From NCBI RefSeq assembly GCF_009914755.1, contig NC_060937.1: 64,000 nucleotides of DNA; one strand, 5' to 3'. This stretch comes from the human T2T-CHM13v2.0 reference genome, Homo sapiens. Shown here one piece after another: positions 16,817 to 29,179 of this stretch. Position 1 is the first letter of the stretch; each line of letters begins with the position of its first letter. A program made the position numbers and the translations under genes. The notes beneath the pieces are model-generated. The model worked only from the letters and a program-made list of their open reading frames with translations. It was not told the DNA's origin and made no database searches.

Positions 16817-17702
16817 GTAAATCCTGGATATTAGACCATATTTACAAAAAAAAATCCAAAAAAAACAAAAAACAGAAAACCCCATCAAAAAGTGAACAAA
16901 GAATATGAACAGACACTTCTCAAAAGAAGACATTTACACAGCCAATAAACATATGAAAAAAAGCTCAACATTACTGATTATCAGAGAAATGCAAATCAAA
17001 ACCACAATGAGATACCATCTCACACCAGTCAGAATGGTGATTATTAAAAAGTCTGGAAACAATAAATACCAGAGAGGCTGTGGAGAAATAGGAACACTTT
17101 TACACTGTTGGTAGGAATATAAATTAATTCAACCATTGTGGAAGAGAGTATGGCAATTCCTCAAGGATCTGGAACCACAAATACCATTTGACCCAGCAAT
17201 CCCATGACTGGATATATACCCAAAGGAATAGAATTCATTCTACTATAAAGACACATGCACATATATGTTTCTTACAGCACTATGTACAATAGCAAAGACA
17301 TGGAACCAACCAAAATGCCCACCAATGATAGACTGGATAAAGAAAATGTGGTACATATTCACCGTGGAATACTATGTAGCCATGAAAAGAAATGAGATCA
17401 TGTGCTTTGCAGGGACATGGATGAAGCTGGAAGCCATCGTCCTCAGTAAACTAACACAGGAACAGAAAACCAAACAGTGCATGTTCTCACTCATAAGTGG
17501 GAGGTGAACATTGAGAATACATGGACACAGAGAGGGAAACAGCACACACAAGGGCCTGTTTGTGGGGTGGGAGTGAGGCGAGGGAACTTAAAGGGCAGGT
17601 CAATAGGTGCAGCAAACCACCATGGCACACATATACCTATGTAACACACCTGCTGGTTCTGCACATGTATCCCATTTTTCTTTTTCTTAGAATAAATTTT
17701 TT
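16817..17702 (+). mobile_element. 5'-truncated L1PA (L1PA8A-like) with ~21-bp 5' micro-inversion
   Basis: ORF2 C-terminal peptides ([10 protein letters not shown].., IAKTWNQPKCP..); 3'UTR gggaacttaaagggcaggtcaataggtgcagc; TSD AAAAAAGATTTTCCTT at 16801-16816 and 17703-17718. Confidence 0.92.
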
Positions 17703-17767
17703 AAAAAAGATTTTCCTTCCTTCTTTAGAATACTTTTGTCATTTTACAATTACAAATTTAGAAAACT

Positions 17768-18355
17768 TGTAATTCTACTACTTTCTCTTCTCCTTTAAAT
17801 GTATATAATCCCTTAGAAAACAAAGACTTTGTTAGCTTTATTACCCAGAAATGCCTTTCTCAAGGACATGGAAGCCATGTTTTTGAAATGCATACATCCA
17901 GGAAAATAAATAACACCCCTAACTCCCATTCTGTGAGAGGGTGGGAGCCTAACTGTTGTGAATGCCTTGCTCTAAGTCACAAAACTACCTCTTGGCATAA
18001 AGACATGACGACTTTGTTTTTCCTTTGAATCAGGCCAATTAGATAACACAGATGGTCACCCAATTATCAGGTAATGTTGGACTGAATGAAGTGTAACAAA
18101 TGGTGCTGTCAAGTCCTCTTACTAGAGAATTAGTCATAGTTTATCTTGACCATATGGATGCAATGTATCTACTTGGCTATATAAAAAAGAGATTTCATTC
18201 TGTCTTTGTGATATCTTAGTGGATTGTCTCTGGTGGGCATCAGCGTATGGTTTAATGCTTATTCAATAATAAATGTATTTTCTTTCTTTACTACCTTTGT
18301 AGAGAAGATTTCTGGAGTGAAACAAAATTATTTTTAAAATTATATTTCCCCAACA
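17768..18355 (+). mobile_element. ERV1 solo LTR, MER34-family-like
   Basis: TG...CA termini; ctcaaggacatggaagccatgtttttgaaatg, gggtgggagcctaact, TATA-like ctatataaaa and aataaa, end ttccccaaca. Confidence 0.7.
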
Positions 18356-18689
18356 GTTTATTTTATAATATTATATAGTGACATATTTTATAATTATGCA
18401 TTCTCATTTTCTCACCCACTGTTTTATATTTTTATAGCTACCCCATCTTGCTTTAGATTATTGGTTTGTTGCTATGACTTTTTTCCATTCTTTTATTTTC
18501 AGTCTTACTCATAGATGTGTCCGTTTACAGCTGGATCTTTAATCCAATCTGAAAAAATCTTTGCTTGAACTGACAGTTTAATCAAATTACATTTATTTTG
18601 ACAGCTGTGATTTTAATTTATTTTTATTACATCTAATTTTGTTCTTTCTATTTGTCTCATTTTTATTATTTTTTAAAGTTTATTTTTAA

Positions 18690-18972
18690 TTATTTTAGAG
18701 ACGGAGTCTCGCTCTGTCACCTAGCCTGGAGACCAGTGGTGCAATCATGGCACACTGGAGCCTCAAGCTCCTGGGCTCAAGAGATCCTCTGACCTCAGCC
18801 TCTTGAGTTGCTGGGACTACAGGCATGTGTCACAATGCCTGGCTATTTTTTTTTCTATAGATGGAGACTCCCCATCTTGCCCAGGCTAATATTAAACTCC
18901 TGGGCTCAAGTGATCCTCATACGCTTGACCTCCCAAAGTGCTGGGGTTACAGACATGAGCCACTGCCCCCAG
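18690..18972 (-). mobile_element. AluJ
   Basis: cctgggctcaagagatcctc and ttgcccaggct...cctgggctcaagtgatcctc. Confidence 0.9.
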
Positions 18973-20540
18973 CATATATATGCTTTTAAAAATGTTTTTC
19001 TTTTGATTGATACTTTATCTTTTATTTTTTCTATAGCTTCTAAATTCCCCATTTTCTTCTTCTAGTTTTTTCTTTTAATAATTACCCTTAATATTCTACT
19101 ATTATGACTTTAGAGTTTAATATTAATTTACTCCTTTACTTTACTAATGGAAATATTTTAGGGAATGTAACAAAAATCGGTCTCTTGCTGACTTACTAAT
19201 ACTTTTTCCAATGCTTTAGTTCTAAAATTTTTTATTCCTTCAAAATATGCATTATTTACAGTATGTTATTATTATCATCATTTCAAAAACTTTATATGGA
19301 TAATTTTTATATTACATTTTTTCCTTTTTGTCAATGTTATATCTTCACCATTCTTTTGCATTTCAATTTTTTTCTGTGGTATTGTTCTTCTTTATAAATT
19401 GACATTCTGTTGCTGATAAAAATGCTTTTGTTTTATGAAAATATCTCCATATTTTCACTGTTCTCAAAAGATTTAGATATGGTAGAAAAGAGAAATAATG
19501 AAGAAGATTAAAATGTTAAAATATTCAGCTGAACTCGCCTGAATAAAGTGGAAGGGCCCCTGTGGGCAAAAATCCATATCTATCTTGGTCACTGAGGAAC
19601 CCCAATTGCTTAAAGAGTGCCTGAACATACTATGTCATCAATAACTATTGAACGATGTAATTTGTACCACACAGAATTTCGATTTTGAATCTTTCTTTTC
19701 ACCACAGGAAAAGAAGGAAACATGGATACTGTCATTGAAAAGGTGAAGTCATGAATGTCTAGAAACATGCAAAAATCTGAGGAAATGAGTATTTGGGGAA
19801 AAATGAAGCAACAATTATTGTTCCTTCCTAAGGTTTGTGAGCATTGTCTCTATAAAAGTAAATATTACTTCAGTTCAGATATCAATGGAAAGTAAACCTC
19901 TAACTGAAAAAAAATGGGTTTGTGCAAAAACATCTTTCTTAAAACAAGTTTTTACTTAAGCTCATTTAATAAGTTGAAGAAATTTCAGAGCAACAAGCTT
20001 TAACAGCAGCCAATGATACACAGGACTGAAATGCCTCAGGGTCATGTCGGGTATGTGACTGACACTATAGAGAATGCAAGTTTGCTTTGAGGATAGTCTG
20101 CTGCCACTGCATGGTGTATTGTTACAAGAGAGAAACAAAGTTTTAGCCAGATAGCTTGCATAATTAGTTCAGAACTTGATAGCATACAAAATTATGAAAT
20201 TTAAAATATATTGGATCAGGAAGTAAACTGCTTTCAGGCTTGATGACTTACATCCATCATGATAAACTTCTAAATATAGCAAGTAGACAAGGAAATATAA
20301 ATTCCACTTAGAATATATGATGGTAGATAGTACTCCTTCTCCTCTTCACGACAATCACTTAACTGATGGAAGATTACTCCTTGTTCAGTTGAAGATGCAA
20401 ATGAATTATATCCATTGTAATAATGGTTAATTTATGTGTCTATTTGGCTTGGCCACAGTGCTTGGATATGGGGGTCAAACATTATTCTGGAAGTTTCTGT
20501 GAGGGTATTTGTGGACGATATTAGCATTTAAATCTGTAGA

Positions 20541-21500
20541 ATGACCTTTTGAAAGCTCAGTGCCAGCTAGATGGCACTACTTTGCAGAGTGGGCAAGGTT
20601 ACCTAAGAGGCTGTATACACTGTGAGTCAGCATCTAATACATTGTGTTGTTTCTCTCACAGTGATGCAGGATTTTTTGCTCCTTTGTTCAGATAAAATCC
20701 AGGTTTTTGTCACACAACCAGGAAAATTTAGGCATGTGAACACATTGAAAGGTGAGGAGAACGAAATTCATTAAAAGAAAGCTCTTAGAGAAAAAAAAAA
20801 AAAAGAGGGAGTCCTGCCAACAGGCTCCCACTCACAGATTGAATACCAGGCCACCTTGTGCAGGGAGGAGGAGCTGCAGAGGCCAGGCTCCTCCTTCCTG
20901 CACAAGGCATGAATTCCCAGTGGCTCCACCCCACTTTCCCATTGTGCAGGCGGGCCCCCGAGTCTGTTTTGGGCACACCCAGACAAGCCCCTGAGCCAGC
21001 TGCCTCATCTGCACAATAGCATCTGACACAAACACTTGTGGGGTGGGTTGGAGATTCTCCGGGGATCCTCTCTTAAATACCTCCTACATCTATCAATAGG
21101 ATTCACAGGTCCAGAAACAAAAGCATGAAAATGGAAGTGAGAGCACTCACCATACCTGTAGTGTGAAAGCTTTTGCTTCTTGCCTTCATAACTTTATTCT
21201 CTTGTTGACTAGAAATCTCAGCTCCTAAGAGAAGAATGTTTCTACCAGGAGACACAATGATTCCATTAGACTGGAATATAAGACTAACATGTAGCAACTT
21301 TGGACTCTTCAGGTTTCTGGAATCAACAGGCAAAGAAGACAGTTACTGTGCTGAAGAGAGTAACTGATATAGATTACCCAAGGGAAACTGGACTACTATG
21401 CTACAATGGAGATCAAGAAGAGTATGCTAGGAATACAAGAGATTCCTTAGGAAGTCCCTCAGTATGACCATGTCCTGTAATTATAGTGAATGGAACACTA
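20541..21500 (+). pseudogene. Degenerate ERVL integrase 3' end and dUTPase remnant, interrupted by an LTR
   Basis: Matches remembered HERV-L pol/dUTPase sequence (ccaggagacacaatgattccattagactggaa, caacaggcaaagaagacagttactgtgctg); no intact ORF. Confidence 0.7.
20662..21095 (-). mobile_element. ERV1 (MER4-group, MER48-like) solo LTR nested in ERVL
   Basis: tgatgcagg...ctatca termini; 4-bp TSD acag/atag; ERVL sequence resumes on the far side. Confidence 0.75.
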
Positions 21501-21700
21501 TAACAACCCAATTCAGGTAGAGTCCTACTCATGCTCCAGACTAGGTTACCCCACAAGGTAAAGAAACACAAGCAGCTGAGGTGCTTGCTGAAGGCACAGG
21601 GATTATAGAATGGGTAGTGGAAGACAGTAGTTATAAACACCAGCGATGGCATGTGACCAGCTATAAAAACAGGACTGTAATTGTCATGACCATTTCTACC

Positions 21701-22070
21701 TGATATGCTCTAGCTTTGTCCCCACTCAAATCTCATCTTGAATTGTAATCCTGAGGTGTTAAGGGAAGAACCTGGTGGGAAGTGATTGGTTTATGGGAAC
21801 TTTTTCCCCATGCTGTTCTCTTGATAGTGAGTGAATTCTCATAAGATCTGATGGTTTTATAAATGATAGTTTTTCCTGGGCTCTCATACATTTCTGTCTC
21901 CTGCTTCCATGTGAAGAAGGTTCTTGCTTCCCCTTCACCTTCTGCCATGACTGTAAGTTTCCTGAGGCCTCCCCAGTCATGTGGAACTGTGAGTCAATTA
22001 AACATCTTCGCTTTATAAGTAACCCAGTCTCGGGTATATCTTTATAGCAGTGTGAAAATGGAGTAATACA
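21701..22070 (+). mobile_element. THE1-type MaLR solo LTR nested in ERVL
   Basis: tgatatg...ccccactcaaatctcatcttgaattgt...gtgtgaaaatggagtaataca; 5-bp TSD ctacc/ctact. Confidence 0.9.
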
Positions 22071-23434
22071 CTACTTTATTGTATTATGATTATGTGTTTT
22101 TATAATATATTTATTTTCTTCTATTTATTATCTATTTACCATGTAGCATTAGTTATGTTAATTTTATATCAGTATTTAAATATTGTTAACTTTATAACAT
22201 AGTATTTAAGTTCTAGGACATCAAGAAGAGTAGAGCTTACCCAGAGACTTTTTATCTTCTTCTGGGGAAAGGGTTAGTGCATTTTTGGTTGGACTCAAGA
22301 CAGCCGTATCATGTTAGGTGAAAGTATGACCTTGTTATTTATTGTATTTACTTCAATGTGTATTGGTGTCAAGTTGGCAAGGGGTGAAGTTGAGATACTT
22401 AATTTTAGGGATCAGCTTAACTGGGCCACAGTGCTTAGATATGTTTCCATGAATTATTCTGGATGTTGCTGTGAGGGTATTTTTGGATAGGACTAAAATT
22501 TACATTGGCGGACTTGGAGTAGAGTAGATTGTACTTAATATGGGTGGACCTCGTCCAATCAGATGAAGGCCTGTTAGAACAACAACAATGACAAAATGAC
22601 TACCCTGAGCAAGATGGAATTCTGCCTGCACGTGACTTTTAGACTTGAACTGCAGCATAGGTTTTCCTCTGGATCTTCACCTGAATGGGCTTCAGCCTTA
22701 AAGTGCAGCATCAGACCTGCCCTGATCTCCAGTCAGCTGACCCACTTTGCAGATTTTGAACTTGTCAACCTTCACAATAGCACGCCCCCAATGTTTTTCT
22801 ATACATACATACATCTTATTGGTTCTCCTCCTCTGCAGAAGCCTGTCTAATACACCCATTGTGTTAGAACACAGTTGAGTTTGCTTCGGCCAAATGAATC
22901 CTTAACTACAGCACATAAGTAAATGAGAATCTCTAGCTGAGATTAAAAGAATAAGAAATTAGAAAAACAAAAATTTTGGAATAAACTCTGTAGATTTAAT
23001 ATATAGAGAAAATAATCCTTATTTGTATATTGTATTCCTATTTGGGAATTTGTTAATGTGAGATTATAAATATAACTTCTATATTAATATGATTAATATT
23101 TTATTATTGGGAATTCTATAATGTCATTTATACAAGTTATATAACCTCCCAAGAGGAATAATAGGTGGCATTCTGAAGATCATTACAAATGATAAATGAA
23201 ATAGGGAGTAAATTTTTAGCTTATAGTAGAGTAAGGACTTCTCAGGCCCTACTTTAATAGTTCATAAGTAGTTCATAAGTCCTCTTATGAAATTACTTTA
23301 AGACTTATGGAGGGAAAAGCAGAATTGTCCTCCAACACTGGCCAAAGGGAGCGCTTTGTTTGTAATTGGTGGTGGGCTTTTGATGGTAAATTCAGGACAG
23401 TAATTCTCCAATAAGTATTAAAATGCCTATAGGG

Positions 23435-23741
23435 TTTTGTTTTTGTTTTTGTTTTTGTTGAGACAGAGTCTCACTCTGTTGCCCAGGCTAGAGTGCAATG
23501 GTGCCATCTTGGCTTACTTCAACCTCTGCCTCCCAGGTTCAAGCAATTCTCATGCCTCTGCCTCCTGAGCAGCTGGGATTACAGGCACTTGCCACCACAC
23601 CCTGCTAATTTTTTGTATTTTTAGCAGAGATGGGGGCTTCACCATGTTGGCCAGGCTGGCCTCGAACTCCTGGCCTCAAGTGATCTGCCCACCTTGGCCT
23701 CCCAAAGTGCTGGGGTTACAAGCTTGTAACCACACCTGGCC
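23435..23741 (-). mobile_element. AluS
   Basis: Alu dimer with (GTTTTT)n tail; degenerate TSD ttaaaatgSctRtagg. Confidence 0.93.
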
Positions 23742-24049
23742 TTAAAATGGCTGTAGGTTTTTGATATAAATATTGGTGTAGGTTGAGTTTTCCTTAAACT
23801 CTAGTTTCCTGAAACATTTGTAATACTTTTCTCATATCTATTGGGATAATTACATAGTGTTCTTTTATTTGTTAATGTGATGACTCATATAAAATATTTC
23901 TTTTTAAGTTTCTTTTTAAATTTAAGTTAACCTTAAATACTTGAGATAATCCCAAATTATTTATGATTATATGTGTGTGTTTATATATATGTACACACAC
24001 ACACACATTCACACCTACATATATATGCATATATACACACACATATATA

Positions 24050-24282
24050 CAGATGCTCCTCACTTATGATGGGTTTATATCCCAATGAACCCACCATAGG
24101 TTGAAAATATCATAAGTAAAAAATGAAATTAACACACTTAACTTATATTAAATATCATAGCTTAACCTATGTTAAACACGGTCAGCACACTTAAATTAGT
24201 GGAAGTTAGGCAAAATTATCTAACACAAAGCCTACTTTATAATAATGTATTTAATATCTAATGTAATTTATTGAATAGTGTA
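24050..24282 (+). mobile_element. MER47A-like TcMar-Tigger DNA transposon (partial)
   Basis: TA|cagatgctcctcacttatgatggg...tctaacacaaagcctactttataataatg. Confidence 0.8.
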
Positions 24283-25389
24283 TGTGGGGTCAATATTTTA
24301 TTATATGCCTAAATCCCACAGTATTATTTGCAGCGAACTACCCATGGTTACTTCTAATGACCGATATTTCTCATCATTCTAGGTTTGCAATTTTAAATAT
24401 TTTATATATTGATACAGTCAGAGACATTATTTCATATAGAAATGCAAAAAAACAATTATTTAAAATATTTAGTGGAAATACAACTAAACCTAGAATTGTT
24501 TATGAGTTCTAGTACTTCTTTTATATTAATTAGTTGTGTATCCTTAGCTATACCACTAGCTGCATTACGTTTTCAATCAAAAAATAAAATGATTTGGTAG
24601 TACGATATGTAGCATCCTGCATTAATGATATTATAATATATACCAAAACATTAATTCATTTTTATTGGATGCTGCCTCAGTTTATAAGACTTGATTTGCC
24701 ACTGTTATAAGACTAGCTACTTTTTTCCTTAAAACAATTCATATTATTATTAATAACTGTGGCATATTTATAAACCAGCCACTCTTCTGATTGCAGGAAG
24801 AGTCTGAGTTTAGACATAAATTAATAAGGAAGAGAAAGAGAGATTTAAAAAATAGGCATGCAAAAATATGACACTAATAGCTTAGAGCCTGGATCAGAGT
24901 AACAATTCAATAAACGCGGCCTTTATTATCGTAACCATTATCAATTGCAATTGTTTTTGAATACAGAAAAGAATCATACCAAAAGGAGAAAATTAGACAC
25001 CCTATGGCTATGTTGATTAAAAAATTCCAACTATTCAAGAGCTAAATTAAAGTCGTACCTTTCTTTCCTGCTTTGTAATTCATCATAATGAATGTAGGAG
25101 AAAACTGTTAAAATTAAAAAACTGACTTGATTATACTGCCACTAATTACTGTCCCATATATCGAAATAGACCAAAGTTGAAATTCTTTCTACTCTGCAAA
25201 ACAAAAGATGCTATAAGTATGCATGGTATTATGCAAAGTATAATCTAATGCTGTAATTTGATTTGGAATTCATTTTATTTCAGGTGTGCTCAATCTTTAG
25301 TGACTCTAAAAATAATTGAGGACTACTTATACTGCATTCAATTTCTTATGTTCTTGTAATTAAGTGTTTTCATTAGTTTATTTCTTGGT

Positions 25390-25776
25390 CTATGTTATTG
25401 TTTAAATGTATGCATTGCTCCAAAATTTGTATGTTGGAACTTAACCCCCATGATGATAGTATTAAGAGGTAGGACATTTAGAAGGTTATTAGGCTATGAG
25501 AGCTTTGCTCTCATGAATGGGATTAGTGTTCATAAGAAAGGGCATGACAAACAGAGTTAATCCCTTTCACGCTTCAGCCACTTGAGGGCACAGCATTTCT
25601 CCACTCCAGTGGGCCAACATTTCAACACAGGGACAAGGTACCATCTTAGAAGCGGAAAGCAAACATCCACCAGACATCTAATTTGCTGGCAACCTTGAAC
25701 TCCTAGCCTCCAGAACTGTGATAAATTTCTATTATTTATGAATTATTTTGTTACAGCAGCAGAAACATACTAAGAT
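25390..25776 (+). mobile_element. MST/MLT1A-type MaLR LTR
   Basis: tgtatgttggaacttaaccccca...gtattaagaggtagg...ctagcctccagaactgtga...tttgttacagcagcagaaacatactaaga. Confidence 0.8.
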
Positions 25777-28015
25777 TGAAATTTGTAGCAAGAAGTAGAA
25801 TGCTGCTATAACAAATACCTAAAACTGTGGAATCAGCTTTAGAACTAGGTAATAGGTAGAGTCTGAACCATAAAGGGCTATTATGGTAAGAGCTCAGAAA
25901 GAGAGAAGAGCTGTAGAGAGAGACTAAATCTTTCTAAAAATTATCTAAGTGGTCATGAACAGAATATTCTTAGAAATATGGATGGTAAAGGCAATTCTCA
26001 TGAGGTCTTAGATAAAAACAAGGAACAAGGTTTTGGAAACGGAAGGAAATGTCATCCTTGTTATAAAATAGCAAATAACTTGGTCTAATTGTGTCTAATA
26101 ATGTTCTACTGCCTTGTGGAAGGCAGAATTTGTGAGGAATGAACTAGGATATTTGACAGAAGAAATCTCTTAGCAAAGTGTTCAGGGTGCTTCATGGCTT
26201 ATCTTGACAGCTTATTAGTAAATAAAAAAAAGAGAAATGACTTAAAGATAGAATTTATAATCAAAAGGGAAACAGAACTTAAAGATTTGGAAAAATCTCA
26301 GCCTGGCGAGATTGTAATGAATAAAAAAAAAGTGGGTTCTGATTCACAATGGCCAACTAGAGGCAGACAGGAAGAACATCTTCCACAGAGAGGCTGGGAT
26401 ACTGGGAAGACTGGTACACTCTGAACAGATCTTCTGAAGAAAGGAATTAAGAGTGGATTAAATAGGCACTGGGCTGAAGGTAGAGGAAGCAGAGAACTCT
26501 GCATTGGGTGGCTGAGCACAGAGACTTGTTCCTGGCCTCCAGTGACTCCTGGGGAAGAGGTGAATTGAACAGGTGAGGAGTTGCCTCCAGAATCTAGCAG
26601 CAGAAAACCCCACAACTGCCACAGACACTTAAGCTGGCAGGGAGAGCTGCTTAGATAGGTGGCAGGAGCAAGATTCCAGCTTGTGCACAGCCTAGAGAGT
26701 CTGGCATGGAAACAGTTGCAGTGCAGCATGGTCAGAGTTGCTCATCCTCCAACGCTCTCCATGTTCCTCTAGGAGACTTTAGCCTTAAGGTGACCGTTGA
26801 ACCTAGAGAGAGCAGGGTGGTGTTCATGAGGAAGACACCAAAAGCAAAAGTTGACAGTTGAGACCTAGTTAAATTAAAGGGCTACTTCACAGCAAATGAA
26901 AATATCAACTGAGTAAACAACCTACAGAATTGGAGAAAATATTTAAAAATATGCATCTGACAAAATTCTAATATATAGAATCTATAAGGAACTTAAAAGC
27001 AAAAATCAAGCAACCCCATTAAAAAGTGGGCAAAGTATACAAACATACACTTTTCAAAAGAAGACATACACTTGGCCAATAAGCATATGAAAAATGCTCA
27101 ACTTTACTAATCATAACAGAAATGCAAATCACAACCACAATGAGATACCATCTTACACGAGTCAGAATGGCTATTACTAAAAAGTCAAAAAATAACAAAT
27201 GCTGGCAAGGTTGTGGAGAAAATGAAATTCTTATACACTGCTGGTAGGAAAGTAAATTAGTTCAGCCATTATGGAAAGCATTTTAGCAATTTCTCAAAGA
27301 ACTTAAGACAGAAGTACCATTCAACCTAGAAATACCATTATTGGGCATATACCCAAAGTAATATAAATTTTTCTACCATAAAGACACATGCATGTGTATT
27401 TTCACTATTCACAATAGCAGAGATATGGAATCAACCTAAATGCCCATCAACAGTAGACTAGATAAAGAAAATGTGGTACATATGCACAATGAAATACTAC
27501 GCAGCCATAAAAACTATCATGTCCTTTACAGCAGCATGAATGGAGGTGGAGGTTATTATCCTATGCGAAGTAACACCGGAAGAGAAAAGCAAATACCACA
27601 TACTATCACCTATAAGTGGGAGCTAAGCACTGAGTACACATAGATACAAAGTAAGGAACAATAGACCCTGGGGCCTACATGAGGTTGGAGTGTAGGGGGA
27701 GGGTGAGGATTGAAAAACTATATATCAGGTACTATGCTTATTACCTGTGTGATGAAATAACCTGTACACCAAAGTCCCATGACACAGAATTTATCTATGT
27801 AACAAACCTGTACATGTACCTATGAATTTAAAATAAAGGTTTTTATTTAAAAAAGGATAAAAATAAAATAAAAATAAAAAAGTATCTGCAGGAGAAAATA
27901 CCACGGGTGTGAAGAAGCAAACATTTGATACCAAGATTAGCACAAATAGTAGAAAGTCAGATGGTATTCATCAGGACAATGGAAGGATCACTCTGAAGGC
28001 ATTTCAGATCATCAT
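25777..28015 (+). mobile_element. MaLR internal sequence (MST/MLT-int), interrupted by L1
   Basis: gctgctataacaaatacctaaaactgtggaatcagctttagaactaggtaataggtagag...ggaaaaatctcagcctgg; resumes at ~27885 (caggacaatggaagg...gaaggcatttcaga). Confidence 0.75.
26335..27875 (+). mobile_element. L1PA15/16-like element: 5'UTR fused to ORF2 3' end/3'UTR
   Basis: GC-richer 5'UTR-like start (caatggccaactagaggcag) to ~26822, then ORF2 3' end, 3'UTR and A-rich tail; approximate TSD aataaaaaagt. Confidence 0.8.
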
Positions 28016-28024
28016 GGCTCCTCC

Positions 28025-28480
28025 ACCGATGTCTCTGTCAATGGATGAATGGCTAAAGAAAATATGCTATATTATATACAATGGAATACTACTCAGCCTC
28101 AAAAAGAAAAAAGAATTCTGTCACTTAGGACATCATGTGTTACTTCGCATAGGATAATAACCTCCAGCTCCATTCATGTTGCTGTAAAGGACAGGGAACA
28201 GGGGTTTCTAGGCAAAGGGTACAGTGTTTCAGCCAGAGAGGAGTAATGCATTTTGAGATCTATTGCAAAGCTGAGTGACTGAAGTCAATAATAATGTATT
28301 GTATATTTTAAAATAACTAGGAGAATTGATTTCACATAGATCATCTCAAAAAAAAGGGAAGAAAGTTGGTGATATGCTAATTAGCTTTAGTTATTTTAAA
28401 TTGTATACATGTATCAAAACATCATATTGTACCCCATAAATGTAAAACAAGTATGATTCGTCAGTTAAACTAATATTAAC
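28025..28480 (+). mobile_element. L1MA 3' end fragment
   Basis: caatggatgaatggctaaagaaaat...ttttgagatctattgca...catcatattgtaccccataaat. Confidence 0.75.
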
Positions 28481-29175
28481 TAAAAACATAATATGGTATA
28501 AGCATGAGGATCAATATATTGAAATAGACTATATACTCTCATGTTTAAGGCCAATTGACTTTTGGCAAGGATGTCAAGATAATTATGGTGAAAGCAGAGT
28601 CTTTTTAAAAAATGGTGCTGGAACAACTGACTATCCACATGGAAAAGAAGGAGTGTGGACCCAAACGTCTTTCCAAATACAACAATTAACTCAAAGTTCA
28701 TCATAAGCCTAAACATAAGATCTAAAGAAGGAAGTATAAACATTCATTTTCATGACCTTAGATTAGGCAATGGTTTCTTAAGTATGACACCAAAGTACAA
28801 GTGAGGAAACAAAAACTAAACATATTGAGCTTCATCAAAATTTTAAAAATTTATATCAGAAGATACTATCCAAAGAAGGAAAGAGAATCTGAAGCTTGAG
28901 AAAATATTTGCAAATCATATATCTGATAAAGAACTAGTTTCCAGAATACCAAAGGGACCCTTACAGATCCGTACAGACAGATATTAGATTAGCAATAGGA
29001 AGCTGTTTTGGTGAGTGGGAAGCAGGAATGGTCAATGCCTACATAATGAGCCGTAGTTATTTCTTGGGATGATGAAGATTTTTAAAATTCGATTGTCATG
29101 TTTTTTATACAACTCTGTGAATAGATTTACAACTGCTGAAGTGTACATGTCAACTAGTTAATTCTTATGGAATCT
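28481..29175 (+). mobile_element. L1MB/MC ORF2 3' and 3'UTR fragments
   Basis: aaatggtgctggaacaactgactatccacatg, atgaccttagattaggcaatggtttc, gagaaaatatttgcaaatcatatatctgataaag. Confidence 0.75.
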
Positions 29176-29179
29176 AAAA

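Larger units (their letters stand above)
20416..22854 (+). mobile_element. Internally deleted ERVL (MLT2-LTR) provirus
   Basis: Partial 5' LTR 20416-~20540, internal remnant, polypurine tract aaggggtgaag, 3' LTR ~22390-22854 ending aataca; 5-bp TSD tccat/cccat. Confidence 0.85.

Noticed and set aside
16905-17507. ORFs with recognisable protein sequence
   Set aside because: Fragments of L1 ORF2 C-terminus in a truncated, dead element
20752-21035. Overlapping ORFs in a GC-richer block
   Set aside because: Lie within an ERV1-type solo LTR
26298-26729. 143-aa minus-strand ORF, the longest in the track
   Set aside because: Antisense to a GC-richer L1 5'UTR; no recognisable domain; old subfamily, so I do not equate it with ORF0
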